NCBI GenBank assembly: GCA_039932995.1
Contig: JBDTOZ010000826.1
Span: forward strand, 1-58,096
DNA: 58,096 bases
Direction: 5' to 3'
Origin: Acidobacteriota bacterium
GTDB lineage: Bacteria; Acidobacteriota; Thermoanaerobaculia; Gp7-AA8
Position numbers and translations under genes: made by a program. The notes below the pieces were generated by a model. That model had not been told where the DNA came from, did not search any database, and worked only from the letters and a program-made list of their open reading frames with translations. Positions 20,079 to 28,530 of the stretch are shown here, piece by piece (the stretch's first letter is position 1; each line of letters opens with the position of its first letter).

Positions 20079-21686
20079 ATGATTCTCAACCTGATCACTT
20101 ACATCCCGCTCATCGGAGCGCTGTTGATCCTGTTCTTCGTGAACAAGGCGAACACACGGGCCATCCGCTGGCTGGCCACCGCGACCGTGGTCGTGGACTT
20201 CATCGTCTCGCTCTACATCTGGTTCAACTTCAATCCCGCGGGGACCGGGGATGGTCTTTGGCAGTTCCAGTACATCGCGGACTGGATTCCGTCCCTCGGA
20301 GTGAAATATCACTTCGGTGTCGACGGCATTTCCGTGCTGCTCATCCTCATGACCACGTTCATGGGCATCATCGCCGTGGTCTCTTCCTATACGGCGGTCC
20401 ATCATCGCGAGAAGGAGTACTACGCCCTGCTGCTGATGCTCCAGACGGGCATGATCGGCACGTTCTGCGCGCTGGACTTCTTCCTCTTCTATGTGTTCTG
20501 GGAAATCATGCTCGTGCCGATGTACTTCATCATCGGCATCTGGGGTGGACAGCGAAAGCTCTACGCGGCCATCAAATTCTTCCTCTACACCCTGGCCGGC
20601 TCCGTATTGATGCTGTTGTCGATCCTGGCGCTCTTCTTCTTCAATGATGGCGGCATCTCCTTCCTCAACATTCAGGGGCTGGGCAACGGGGCCTCGTTCA
20701 GCGTGCTGAAGTTCCATGAGATCGGGCATCTCATCCCGCCTTCACTGCAGTTCTGGATCTTCCTGGGCTTCTTCTTCGGCTTCGCCATCAAGGTGCCGAT
20801 GTTTCCGTTCCATACCTGGCTGCCCGATGCGCACGTGGAAGCTCCCACGGCCGGCTCCATCATCCTGGCGGCGGTGCTGCTGAAGATGGGCACGTACGGG
20901 TTCGTGCGGTTTGCGTTGCCGATTCTTCCCGATGCCACGAGGCAGCTCCTGGTGCCCATCGCGGTGCTGGCTCTCATCGGGATCATCTACGGTGCGCTGG
21001 TGTCGCTGGTGCAGAAGGACATGAAGAAGCTGGTGGCCTACTCTTCGGTCTCCCACCTCGGCTTCGTGATGCTGGGGATGTTCGCTCTCAACCCGATGGG
21101 TCTGCGGGGCTCCATCCTGCAGATGATCAACCACGGCATTTCCACGGGGGCGCTCTTCCTGCTCGTGGGGATGGTTTATGAGCGCCGCCACACCCGCATG
21201 ATCGCGGACTACGGCGGTCTCGCGAAACAGATGCCCCTGTACGCGGCCCTGTTCCTCATCGCGGCGCTCTCTTCGATGGGCTTGCCGGCGCTCAATGGCT
21301 TCATCGGCGAGTTCACCATCCTGCTCGGTGTAGCCAATTCCACCGCCTACGGGACGATGGCCTATGCGGTCATCGCCGCGGTGGGAATCGTGCTTGGCGC
21401 CGCCTACCTGCTCTGGCTCTATCAGCGTGTGTTCTGGGGACCGCTCGACAATCCCGCCAATGCCGCGCTGCAGGACGTCAACCGGCGCGAGTTGGGGATG
21501 ATGCTGGCCCTGGTGGTGCTCATGATCTGGATCGGCATCTATCCGAAGCCACTCTTCGACGCTATCGAACAGCCGGTCGATTACATCGTACGGAAGGTCG
21601 ACCCCACCTATTTCGACAAGAAGCCCCTTTCGTATCCGGCTACTCCCGCCGCGGTCGAAGAGCACCATGAGGTCGCGGTCAAATGA
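20079..21686 (+). CDS. nuoM: NADH-quinone oxidoreductase subunit M
   Basis: Antiporter-like; FYVFWEIMLVPMYF, HTWLPDAHVEAPT. Confidence 0.95.
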   Translation: MILNLITYIPLIGALLILFFVNKANTRAIRWLATATVVVDFIVSLYIWFNFNPAGTGDGLWQFQYIADWIPSLGVKYHFGVDGISVLLILMTTFMGIIAVVSSYTAVHHREKEYYALLLMLQTGMIGTFCALDFFLFYVFWEIMLVPMYFIIGIWGGQRKLYAAIKFFLYTLAGSVLMLLSILALFFFNDGGISFLNIQGLGNGASFSVLKFHEIGHLIPPSLQFWIFLGFFFGFAIKVPMFPFHTWLPDAHVEAPTAGSIILAAVLLKMGTYGFVRFALPILPDATRQLLVPIAVLALIGIIYGALVSLVQKDMKKLVAYSSVSHLGFVMLGMFALNPMGLRGSILQMINHGISTGALFLLVGMVYERRHTRMIADYGGLAKQMPLYAALFLIAALSSMGLPALNGFIGEFTILLGVANSTAYGTMAYAVIAAVGIVLGAAYLLWLYQRVFWGPLDNPANAALQDVNRRELGMMLALVVLMIWIGIYPKPLFDAIEQPVDYIVRKVDPTYFDKKPLSYPATPAAVEEHHEVAVK

Positions 21687-23161
21687 CGTGGGGCGACACG
21701 CTGTACCTTCTTCCGGAGATCGTCATCTCCCTGGGTGCATGCCTGCTGTTGCTTGCGCCGGTGAGCGGCCTCCGGATGGGGAGTGGGGCGGCGAAATGGG
21801 TGATGCTGGCTTTGCTCGCGCTCACGGCCGGCGCGCTCTTCGCCGCCTCGTATCTGGTGACCACCGGCCCCGATCCGACCCCCGGCTTCGCGTCGATGTT
21901 CGCTCTCGACTCGTTTTCGATCTTCTTCAAGCTCCTGTTCATCGTGACCATGGCCATGATCACGCTGCTTTCGGATACGTTCCTGCGCGATTCGCGGTAC
22001 TCGCCATGGGAGTATTACTCGCTGCTCGCGTTCGCGTTGTGCGGAATGATGTTCATGGCCAGCGGCATCCACCTGGCGGCCATCTACATCGGCCTGGAGC
22101 TGATGTCGCTGTCGAGCTACATCCTGGCCGGATACTTCAAGAACGAACAGAAGAGCACCGAGGCGGCCATGAAGTATTTCGTGCTCGGCGCGGTGAGCTC
22201 GGCCATCCTGCTGTATGGGATCTCGCTGATCTACGGAGTGACCGGCACGCTCAACCTGGCAGGTGTGTCGCGCTCCCTCTCCACGCTGGTCAGCAATGAC
22301 GCCTTGATGTTCGGGATCATGATGTTGGGCGCGGGGCTGTGTTTCAAGATCGCCGCGGCTCCGTTTCACATGTGGACCCCCGACGTGTACGAGGGGGCGC
22401 CCACCCCGGTCACGGCGTTCCTCTCCACCGCTTCCAAGGCCGCGGCCTTCGCCATTTTCGCGCGCATCTTCTACACCGGCATGCACCACTTCCGCCTGGA
22501 CTGGCAGAACGTCCTGGCCGCAATCGCCGCTCTCTCGATGGTGGTGGGCAACCTGGCCGCCATCACCCAGGACAACGTGAAGCGCATGCTCGCCTACTCG
22601 TCCGTGGGTCATGCGGGCTACGTGTTGCTGGGTGTTCTCGCGGCCAACGAGATGGGCCTGTATGGCGTGCTCGTTTACGCCGTGGTGTACGTGTTCGCCA
22701 CGCTGGGGATCTGGGCCACCGTGCTGATGCTGGAGCGCGGCGACTACGCCGGGGAGAAGGTGGACGACTTCAATGGCCTGAATTCCCGGGCCCCGTTCTG
22801 GGCCTTCGCCATGATCGTCTTTCTGCTGTCGCTGGGCGGCATTCCCCCTACGGCCGGCTTCATCGGGAAGTACCTCCTCTTCTACGCCGCGGTGCAGTCC
22901 GGGTTCGGCTGGCTGGCCGTGATCGCCGTGCTGATGTCGGCGGTCTCGATGTTCTTCTACTTCCGCCTGGTCATGGCCATGTACCTGAAGGAAGGGCGAG
23001 AGGCCAGACTGACCGGCGGCGGCTCGCTGAAAGTGGTGGCCTTGATCGCGCTGGCGGTCACCCTGATTTTCGGAATCCTTCCGCAGCCGTTGATCCAGTC
23101 GGCGAAGGATTCGGGGCGCAGAGTGGCCACCCGGCCGACGGCCGCCCTGCTCGGACGATGA
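21683..23161 (+). CDS. nuoN: NADH-quinone oxidoreductase subunit N
   Basis: Antiporter-like; GLELMSLSSYILAG, APFHMWTPDVYEGAPT. The start overlaps the nuoM stop. Confidence 0.95.
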   Translation: MTWGDTLYLLPEIVISLGACLLLLAPVSGLRMGSGAAKWVMLALLALTAGALFAASYLVTTGPDPTPGFASMFALDSFSIFFKLLFIVTMAMITLLSDTFLRDSRYSPWEYYSLLAFALCGMMFMASGIHLAAIYIGLELMSLSSYILAGYFKNEQKSTEAAMKYFVLGAVSSAILLYGISLIYGVTGTLNLAGVSRSLSTLVSNDALMFGIMMLGAGLCFKIAAAPFHMWTPDVYEGAPTPVTAFLSTASKAAAFAIFARIFYTGMHHFRLDWQNVLAAIAALSMVVGNLAAITQDNVKRMLAYSSVGHAGYVLLGVLAANEMGLYGVLVYAVVYVFATLGIWATVLMLERGDYAGEKVDDFNGLNSRAPFWAFAMIVFLLSLGGIPPTAGFIGKYLLFYAAVQSGFGWLAVIAVLMSAVSMFFYFRLVMAMYLKEGREARLTGGGSLKVVALIALAVTLIFGILPQPLIQSAKDSGRRVATRPTAALLGR

Positions 23162-23164
23162 GCA

Positions 23165-23374
23165 GTGGAAGATAAGAAGAAGGAAGAGGCCCGGAACCTG
23201 CTCGAGGCCTCGTCCATCGCCTGGATGTTCCCGATCGCCATCGGGCTGGGGTTCGGCTGGGGCTACCTGATGGACCGATACTTCGGGACCTCTCCCTGGT
23301 TGACGGCGATCTTCACGGTCTGCGGCGTCGTTGCCGCGTTCGTCAATCTCTTCCGCATCGGCCTCAAAGAATGA
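23165..23374 (+). CDS. AtpZ/AtpI-family small membrane protein
   Basis: 69 aa, two TM helices, GTG start 4 nt after the nuoN stop. It occupies the usual position ahead of atpI and atpB. Confidence 0.7.
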   Translation: MEDKKKEEARNLLEASSIAWMFPIAIGLGFGWGYLMDRYFGTSPWLTAIFTVCGVVAAFVNLFRIGLKE

Positions 23375-23775
23375 CCTCCCAGCCCCCGTGGTACGAGCGG
23401 GAAGAGCCGGCCGATGTGCTCCGGCGCATCAAGCGGACGGCCTTGGTGGCGGCGGTCGCGTTTGCCGCTTTCTGTGCGTTTTCAGGGGGTTTTCGCGGCT
23501 TTCTCGGGTTGACTTGTAGTGCTGCCGTCACTATGATCAGCTTCCTTTGGTTGGAGGAGATCGTGAATGTTCTCCTGCAACCGGCGGCACACCTGCACGC
23601 TCGGAGGCTGACGTTGCGTACCCTGGCGCGCTTCGCTCTCCTTGGTGTGGCGCTCACGGTCACGATCATCATTGCTCGTTTCAACGCGGTCAGTGTGTTG
23701 CTGGGATTCTCAATCATCGTGGTGGGGATTTGCGGCGAAGCTCTGTATTCGCTCTATCGAAGTATCGCTGAGTAA
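23371..23775 (+). CDS. atpI: ATP synthase protein I-like membrane protein
   Basis: 134 aa, 3-4 TM helices. ATGA overlap with the upstream gene; lies immediately before atpB. Confidence 0.65.
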   Translation: MTSQPPWYEREEPADVLRRIKRTALVAAVAFAAFCAFSGGFRGFLGLTCSAAVTMISFLWLEEIVNVLLQPAAHLHARRLTLRTLARFALLGVALTVTIIIARFNAVSVLLGFSIIVVGICGEALYSLYRSIAE

Positions 23776-23793
23776 AAGGATCCTCGAAGGTCG

Positions 23794-24492
23794 ATGGAAC
23801 ATCACTCCTTTCTTTACGAACCGGTGAATGGCCTGTTGCAGCCGCTCCTCGGTTTTCCCGTGCCGGATCACGTGATCATGGCCGCGCTGGTGCTCGTCGT
23901 CAGCTGCATCGTCTTTCCGCTGATGAGCCGCCGGATCAGCCGGGACAACCCCAGCGGATTCCAGCACGTCCTGGAATTGATCGTCTCGGGCCTGAAGGGC
24001 CTGATGGAAGACATCATCGGCCACGGCGCGGGCAACAAGTACCTTTACATCATCGGCGGATTCGCCTGCTTCATTTTCGTCTCCAACCTCTTCGGCCTGA
24101 TCTTCTTTCTGCAGCCGCCCACGGGGAACCCGAACACCACGTTCGCGCTCGGTCTGACCGCTTTCCTGTACTACAACTGGCAGGGAGTGCGGACGCAGGG
24201 CCTGGGCCATTACCTGAAGCATTTTCTCGGGCCGATCCCCCTGCTTGCCCCGCTCTTCCTGGTCATCGAGATCATCGGGCATCTGGCGCGCATTCTCTCG
24301 CTGGCCATGCGTCTCTTCGGGAACATCTTCGGGGAGCACACGGCCACCGGCATCTTCATGGGCATGCTTCCGCTGGTGCTGCCCTGGCCGATGATGGGTC
24401 TGGGCCTCTTCGGCGCCTTTCTGCAAACGTTCGTCTTCATCATGCTCACGATGGTGTACATCGGTGGCGCCGTCACGGCTGAAGAACACTAA
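23794..24492 (+). CDS. atpB: F0F1 ATP synthase subunit a
   Basis: LSLAMRLFGNIFGEH contains the essential Arg motif; polytopic. Confidence 0.9.
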   Translation: MEHHSFLYEPVNGLLQPLLGFPVPDHVIMAALVLVVSCIVFPLMSRRISRDNPSGFQHVLELIVSGLKGLMEDIIGHGAGNKYLYIIGGFACFIFVSNLFGLIFFLQPPTGNPNTTFALGLTAFLYYNWQGVRTQGLGHYLKHFLGPIPLLAPLFLVIEIIGHLARILSLAMRLFGNIFGEHTATGIFMGMLPLVLPWPMMGLGLFGAFLQTFVFIMLTMVYIGGAVTAEEH

Positions 24493-24547
24493 ATCGAAAC
24501 CCTAGGGTTCGCATCCAGTTCGCATTTCAACAAGGAGGAGTTCAAAA

Positions 24548-24865
24548 GTGACCAAGAAGCACATCCTGTTATTCGTGCTCGTCGTGCTGACCGCGGTCTC
24601 CGCGTTCGGCCAGGAGGGAGCCGCTGTGGCTGCGACCACGAGCGTCGTTCGGTGGGGCGCCATCGCCGCCGCGTTCGTTCTCGGCCTCGCGGCAGCAGCG
24701 GGTGCCATCGGCCAGTCTCGCGCCATCGTGGCAGCCTGCGAAGGCATCGCTCGCAATCCCGGCGCCGCCGGACCGATTCGTCTGTCGATGATCATCGGTC
24801 TCGCGCTCATCGAGTCGCTCGTCATCTACGCGCTGCTCATGGCGTATCTGATGCACACGCTGTAA
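24548..24865 (+). CDS. atpE: F0F1 ATP synthase subunit c
   Basis: Hairpin protein with ARNPGA loop and carboxylate IIGLALIESLVIYAL. GTG start with an AAGGAGG RBS at 24533-24539. Confidence 0.9.
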   Translation: MTKKHILLFVLVVLTAVSAFGQEGAAVAATTSVVRWGAIAAAFVLGLAAAAGAIGQSRAIVAACEGIARNPGAAGPIRLSMIIGLALIESLVIYALLMAYLMHTL

Positions 24866-24887
24866 TTCGATCGATACGCAACACCCG

Positions 24888-24922
24888 AAAAGCCCCGCGC
24901 CGAAAGGTGCGGGGCTTTTTTT
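24888..24922 (+). terminator. rho-independent terminator ending the nuo-atp transcription unit
   Basis: Stem GCCCCGC/GCGGGGC with a 10-nt loop, followed by seven T. Confidence 0.8.
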
Positions 24923-25049
24923 GTGGCTCGGGACGTGCGCGCTCCCGCCCATCCGCCGGCGGGCAGGCCCTCTAGCGACACTAGGGCGAGAGCGCAGGTC
25001 GTCGAAGGCGGCAGGGGCAGCTCGCCTGTTTTCCACGCTCCGGTGGACG

Positions 25050-25217
25050 TCAGATCCTCGGCTTCGACGACTTGACCGAGGTGATGATCCCCATTCCCAG
25101 CAGGAGCAAAGCGCCAATCCCGATCCAGAACGCCGGGACGTCGAACTTGTAGGCCACCAGGGCCAGGGCGACGATCACGATCAGCCACCCGATGAAAGAC
25201 AGATTGAACCAGTTCAC
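25050..25217 (-). CDS. small two-TM membrane protein
   Basis: GTG at 25217 sits 7 nt downstream of a GGAGG RBS (25225-25229 on the minus strand). Product VNWFNLSFIGWLIVIVALALVAYKF...; the ORF is open to 25247. Confidence 0.55.
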   Translation of the reverse strand: MNWFNLSFIGWLIVIVALALVAYKFDVPAFWIGIGALLLLGMGIITSVKSSKPRI

Positions 25218-25331
25218 AGCAGTACCTCCGCCAGCCTGACTCAGCAAGAAGACTGCCGGATCGCCGCGTCAGGCCGCGGGTAGACGAGGAAAACGACAGG
25301 TCGGGGTTGTCTTCAGGAACTTTCGGGCAAG

Positions 25332-25356
25332 AAAAAGCCGGCGCACCGCGCCGGCT
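25332..25356 (-). terminator. rho-independent terminator downstream of 25383-26399
   Basis: 9-bp stem AGCCGGCGC/GCGCCGGCT with a 3-nt loop, then TTTTT on the minus strand. Confidence 0.65.
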
Positions 25357-25382
25357 TTCGGGAGGCTGCTGAGGAGGAGAGA

Positions 25383-26399
25383 TCAGTGCTCGCTGATCAA
25401 CCGGCGAAGCGCATCGACCGCGGCGCTGCTGGTGAGCTGGTCGTCCAGAGTGATCGCATGATTGACCGACCACTGACCGTCCTTGAGCACTACGTAACGG
25501 AGTTTGCCTTCATCGTCGTTGGCGTAAAAGGCCATCCGGTCGTCGTCGCCATAGACACCTTCGATGCGGTTGGCGCCGGCGTCGAGGGTGGGGGTCTTGA
25601 AGCCGCTGTTCTCACGCTTGCCGCCCGGGACACGGAGCCGGCCGTTGACTGCGATCTTCGGCCGGATTCGTACGGTCTGCATCGTGCCGCTGGCGACGTC
25701 GCCGAAGACGAGGAGGACGTTGTCCTGCTTGGGAGAGGGGAAGAACACCGGCTGGCTGATGACGTTCTCGTCGACCGCTTCGGTGGCAGACTCCAAGTCC
25801 GAGGGAACGAACTGGTTCAGGTCCAGGGACTCGAGGCTGGCGACATGACCTTCGTCGATCGTGGCCAACGCGTAACGCGCTCCGGACTTGGCGTTGGTGT
25901 AGTCGAACTCCCACCAGGCCAGGTGAACGCTGAGACCGGACTGCGTCTGGCCGTTGGCATCTTCGTACTTGCGCGAAACGGCAAGCCGCAGGTTTCTCCG
26001 CGTGTCGTAGAGCGCGCCGAAGGACTTTGCTTCGGCCCACGTGCCTTGCGCGTCGCGAGAGGCGAACATGAGCTGATTGGACAGCGAGAACGTCGAGGAG
26101 TTGTGGATCCAGAAGACGAACAGCATGCCGGAATCGGCATCGAAGGCGATGACCGGATTGAAGTGCGAGCCTTTCTCCAGGGTGGCCGGCACGATCTCCC
26201 GCGTGATGCCATCCACGCGGCGCGTGGTGAGGGTGAGATACGCGCTGGAGGCCGTCTGCACTTCTGGATGTTCCTCGGCGCGGTCGAACCGGATGCTGTA
26301 GATCGTTCCGTCCGGGGTGAGCAGAGTGTCGCCCTGCTGCTCCGCGCTGGCCAGCAGCGGGATGAAGAGCAGGACGGCGATGAAAATCAGTTTTTTCAT
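25383..26399 (-). CDS. secreted protein of unknown function
   Basis: Signal peptide MKKLIFIAVLLFIPLLASA. No motif I recognise. ATGA overlap with the upstream TPR gene. Confidence 0.75.
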   Translation of the reverse strand: MKKLIFIAVLLFIPLLASAEQQGDTLLTPDGTIYSIRFDRAEEHPEVQTASSAYLTLTTRRVDGITREIVPATLEKGSHFNPVIAFDADSGMLFVFWIHNSSTFSLSNQLMFASRDAQGTWAEAKSFGALYDTRRNLRLAVSRKYEDANGQTQSGLSVHLAWWEFDYTNAKSGARYALATIDEGHVASLESLDLNQFVPSDLESATEAVDENVISQPVFFPSPKQDNVLLVFGDVASGTMQTVRIRPKIAVNGRLRVPGGKRENSGFKTPTLDAGANRIEGVYGDDDRMAFYANDDEGKLRYVVLKDGQWSVNHAITLDDQLTSSAAVDALRRLISEH

Positions 26400-27289
26400 A
26401 ACTTGAGGTTCACCATGGACCGCAGATCGATCGCATACAGGAGATGTTTGAGGTTGCGGAACTGCGGATAGAACTTGGAGAGCTCGCTGAAGTGGAAGTC
26501 CGCACCTTCGGTGTCGCCCGATTTGTACGAGGCCTCGCCCAGCAGGTAGTGCGCGTTGCGCGTCTGACGGGGATCCTTGGCAATGTCCAATCCGGCCTGC
26601 CCGTAGAACAACGCCTTTTCGAACTGCCCCTTCTCGAGGTAGCCGTAACAGAGGTCGATGTAAGCCTCGGCGCGGCCAATCGGATCATGCAGCAGCTCGA
26701 GCGCCTCGTAGATGCGCTTCATGCCGCCGTCGAGATCTCCCTGCAGCAACAGGCAATACCCGAGGTTCTCGAGCGCGTAGCTGTGGCTGAGATCCTTTTC
26801 CTGCAGTGGCGACTCTTCGGTGATGGCCAGAGACTCGTTGAAACAGTCGATGGCCTTGCCGATCTGGGAGTCGAGCTCATAGATGTTGCCGAGCTCCAGG
26901 AGGACGATACGGCGCCACGAAGGCTCGCCCGCTTCCTCCGCGGTACGCAGGGCCAGTTGACCGTAAAAGAGTGCTCTCTTGAGATCGTTCTCGAGACGAT
27001 GTTTGTACTGAAGCGCATACGCTGCGAGGTAGACGTGACGTGGCTGGCGCCGGCGCATGATCACGCGCGGCAGCTCGAGCACTTCCGGTCCGGTCCGTTC
27101 CAGAGCGATCATCGCATCGGCCTTGTTGATGGAGATCAGCTCGCGCGTCTCTTCGTCCTCGGCCAGAGTCAATGCTTCGTCGTAGACCTCGAGGGCCTGT
27201 TCGTAGTCGCCGCGGCGGAGCCGTGCACGCGCTTCCTGGCGAAGTTCTTCGATCCGCATCTGCAGGCGGTCCTGTTGCTCGTTATGCAT
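26396..27289 (-). CDS. TPR-repeat protein
   Basis: Start MHNEQQDRLQ at 27289. Repeated A..Y/G..Y..LG TPR-like helices throughout. Confidence 0.75.
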   Translation of the reverse strand: MHNEQQDRLQMRIEELRQEARARLRRGDYEQALEVYDEALTLAEDEETRELISINKADAMIALERTGPEVLELPRVIMRRRQPRHVYLAAYALQYKHRLENDLKRALFYGQLALRTAEEAGEPSWRRIVLLELGNIYELDSQIGKAIDCFNESLAITEESPLQEKDLSHSYALENLGYCLLLQGDLDGGMKRIYEALELLHDPIGRAEAYIDLCYGYLEKGQFEKALFYGQAGLDIAKDPRQTRNAHYLLGEASYKSGDTEGADFHFSELSKFYPQFRNLKHLLYAIDLRSMVNLKL

Positions 27290-27638
27290 CGGCACCTCCA
27301 CCCTCCCCCCCGTCGAATCCTTCGTCTTCCTGATTCCGCTTGAATTCGATGAAACTTTCCACTTCCTTCTGGGCATTCGGGCTGAGCTGACGGAACTTAT
27401 CGAGGACGGTGTTCGTGCGGCTGGTCTCATCGAAGAAGTCGCCGATGCTCAGATCGAAGCACTGGAGGATCTTGAGTAGTGTATCGAGACCGACCTTGTA
27501 TTCGCCCTGCTCCATCCGGGAGAGGTCGGATTGATGGATGCCGATCTTCTCGGCGAGCTCCACCTGGGTCAGCTTCCGCTGCCGCCTCAGTTGGCGGATC
27601 TTACGACCGACGAGTTCTAGTTGGGCTGGCCTGCTCAT
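27282..27638 (-). CDS. XRE-family helix-turn-helix transcriptional regulator
   Basis: GRKIRQLRRQRKLTQVELAEKIGIHQSDLSRMEQGE is a canonical HTH_3/XRE motif. 8-nt overlap with the TPR gene. Confidence 0.85.
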   Translation of the reverse strand: MSRPAQLELVGRKIRQLRRQRKLTQVELAEKIGIHQSDLSRMEQGEYKVGLDTLLKILQCFDLSIGDFFDETSRTNTVLDKFRQLSPNAQKEVESFIEFKRNQEDEGFDGGEGGGADA

Positions 27639-27657
27639 TTGGGTTCGTTGACTTTTT

Positions 27658-28509
27658 ATGCTGTTGAACAATAAAGTTGCGCAGGTTCAATATGCGGGCA
27701 AAGCATGGCCCTGTCAAGTGCCAGATCGACCGCCCGAAAGGTTCCTTCCTACGTACGCCGCCCTCCACCTGCTCCGCGAGCTCGTCAAGCGTGACTTCCA
27801 GGCCCGCTTTGCCGGCTCGGTCCTCGGCGTGGTCTGGGCTGTCCTCCAGCCCCTGAGCCTCGTCGCCCTCTACTGGTTCGTGTTCACGTTCATGATCCCT
27901 GGAGGCCGGGTCGGCGGTTCCGGACCTGACTACATCTACTTTCTCATCTGCGGCCTGCTCCCCTGGCTCGGCTTCAACGAGGGGCTGATTCGATCCACGA
28001 CGGCCATTGTCGAGAACGGCACCATGGTACGCCGGTTGCCCCTCAGGAGCGAGCTTCTCGTGGTGGTGCCCAACGTCTCGGCCATGATCTTCGAATGTAT
28101 CGGTCTGGCGATCTTTCTGGTGGTGATCGTCGCGCGGGGGATGTCGCTCCGATTCCTCTGGCTCCTCCCGCTGGTGCTGCTGCTCCAACTGGCGCTGCAG
28201 GTGGGGATCGGATTCTTTCTCGCGGCGAGCTACGTTTTCTTCCGCGACCTGACCCAGATCCTCGGTTTCCTGCTCTCCATTGTTTTCTACCTCAGCCCCA
28301 TCCTGTACCAGGTGGGGGGGCGTTTCGAGGCGCTCTTCTTCTGGAATCCGCTGACCGCGCTCTTCGGTTTGATGCGCAGCGCTCTGCTGGCGTCACCGTT
28401 ACCTGAAGCTGCCTCGATCGTCTTCTTAGTGATCGTCGTCAGCTCGATGCTGGGCGCGGGGCTGCTCTTCTTCCGGCGGACTCGTTCCACGCTGGTGGAT
28501 CTCATCTAA
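27658..28509 (+). CDS. wzm: ABC-2 type polysaccharide export permease (Wzm-like)
   Basis: LRELVKRDFQARFAGSVLGVVWAVLQPL signature and six TM segments. The start is uncertain (ATG 27658 or GTG 27718). Confidence 0.85.
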   Translation: MLLNNKVAQVQYAGKAWPCQVPDRPPERFLPTYAALHLLRELVKRDFQARFAGSVLGVVWAVLQPLSLVALYWFVFTFMIPGGRVGGSGPDYIYFLICGLLPWLGFNEGLIRSTTAIVENGTMVRRLPLRSELLVVVPNVSAMIFECIGLAIFLVVIVARGMSLRFLWLLPLVLLLQLALQVGIGFFLAASYVFFRDLTQILGFLLSIVFYLSPILYQVGGRFEALFFWNPLTALFGLMRSALLASPLPEAASIVFLVIVVSSMLGAGLLFFRRTRSTLVDLI

Positions 28510-28530
28510 TCAAAACTAGGAGCAAAGAGA

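Noticed and set aside
23165-24865. atpZ-I-B-E considered as part of an N-ATPase (atpDCQRBEFAG) locus.
   Set aside because: No atpD or atpC precedes it and no F, A or G follows. The order Z-I-a-c is the standard 5' half of a split F-type operon.
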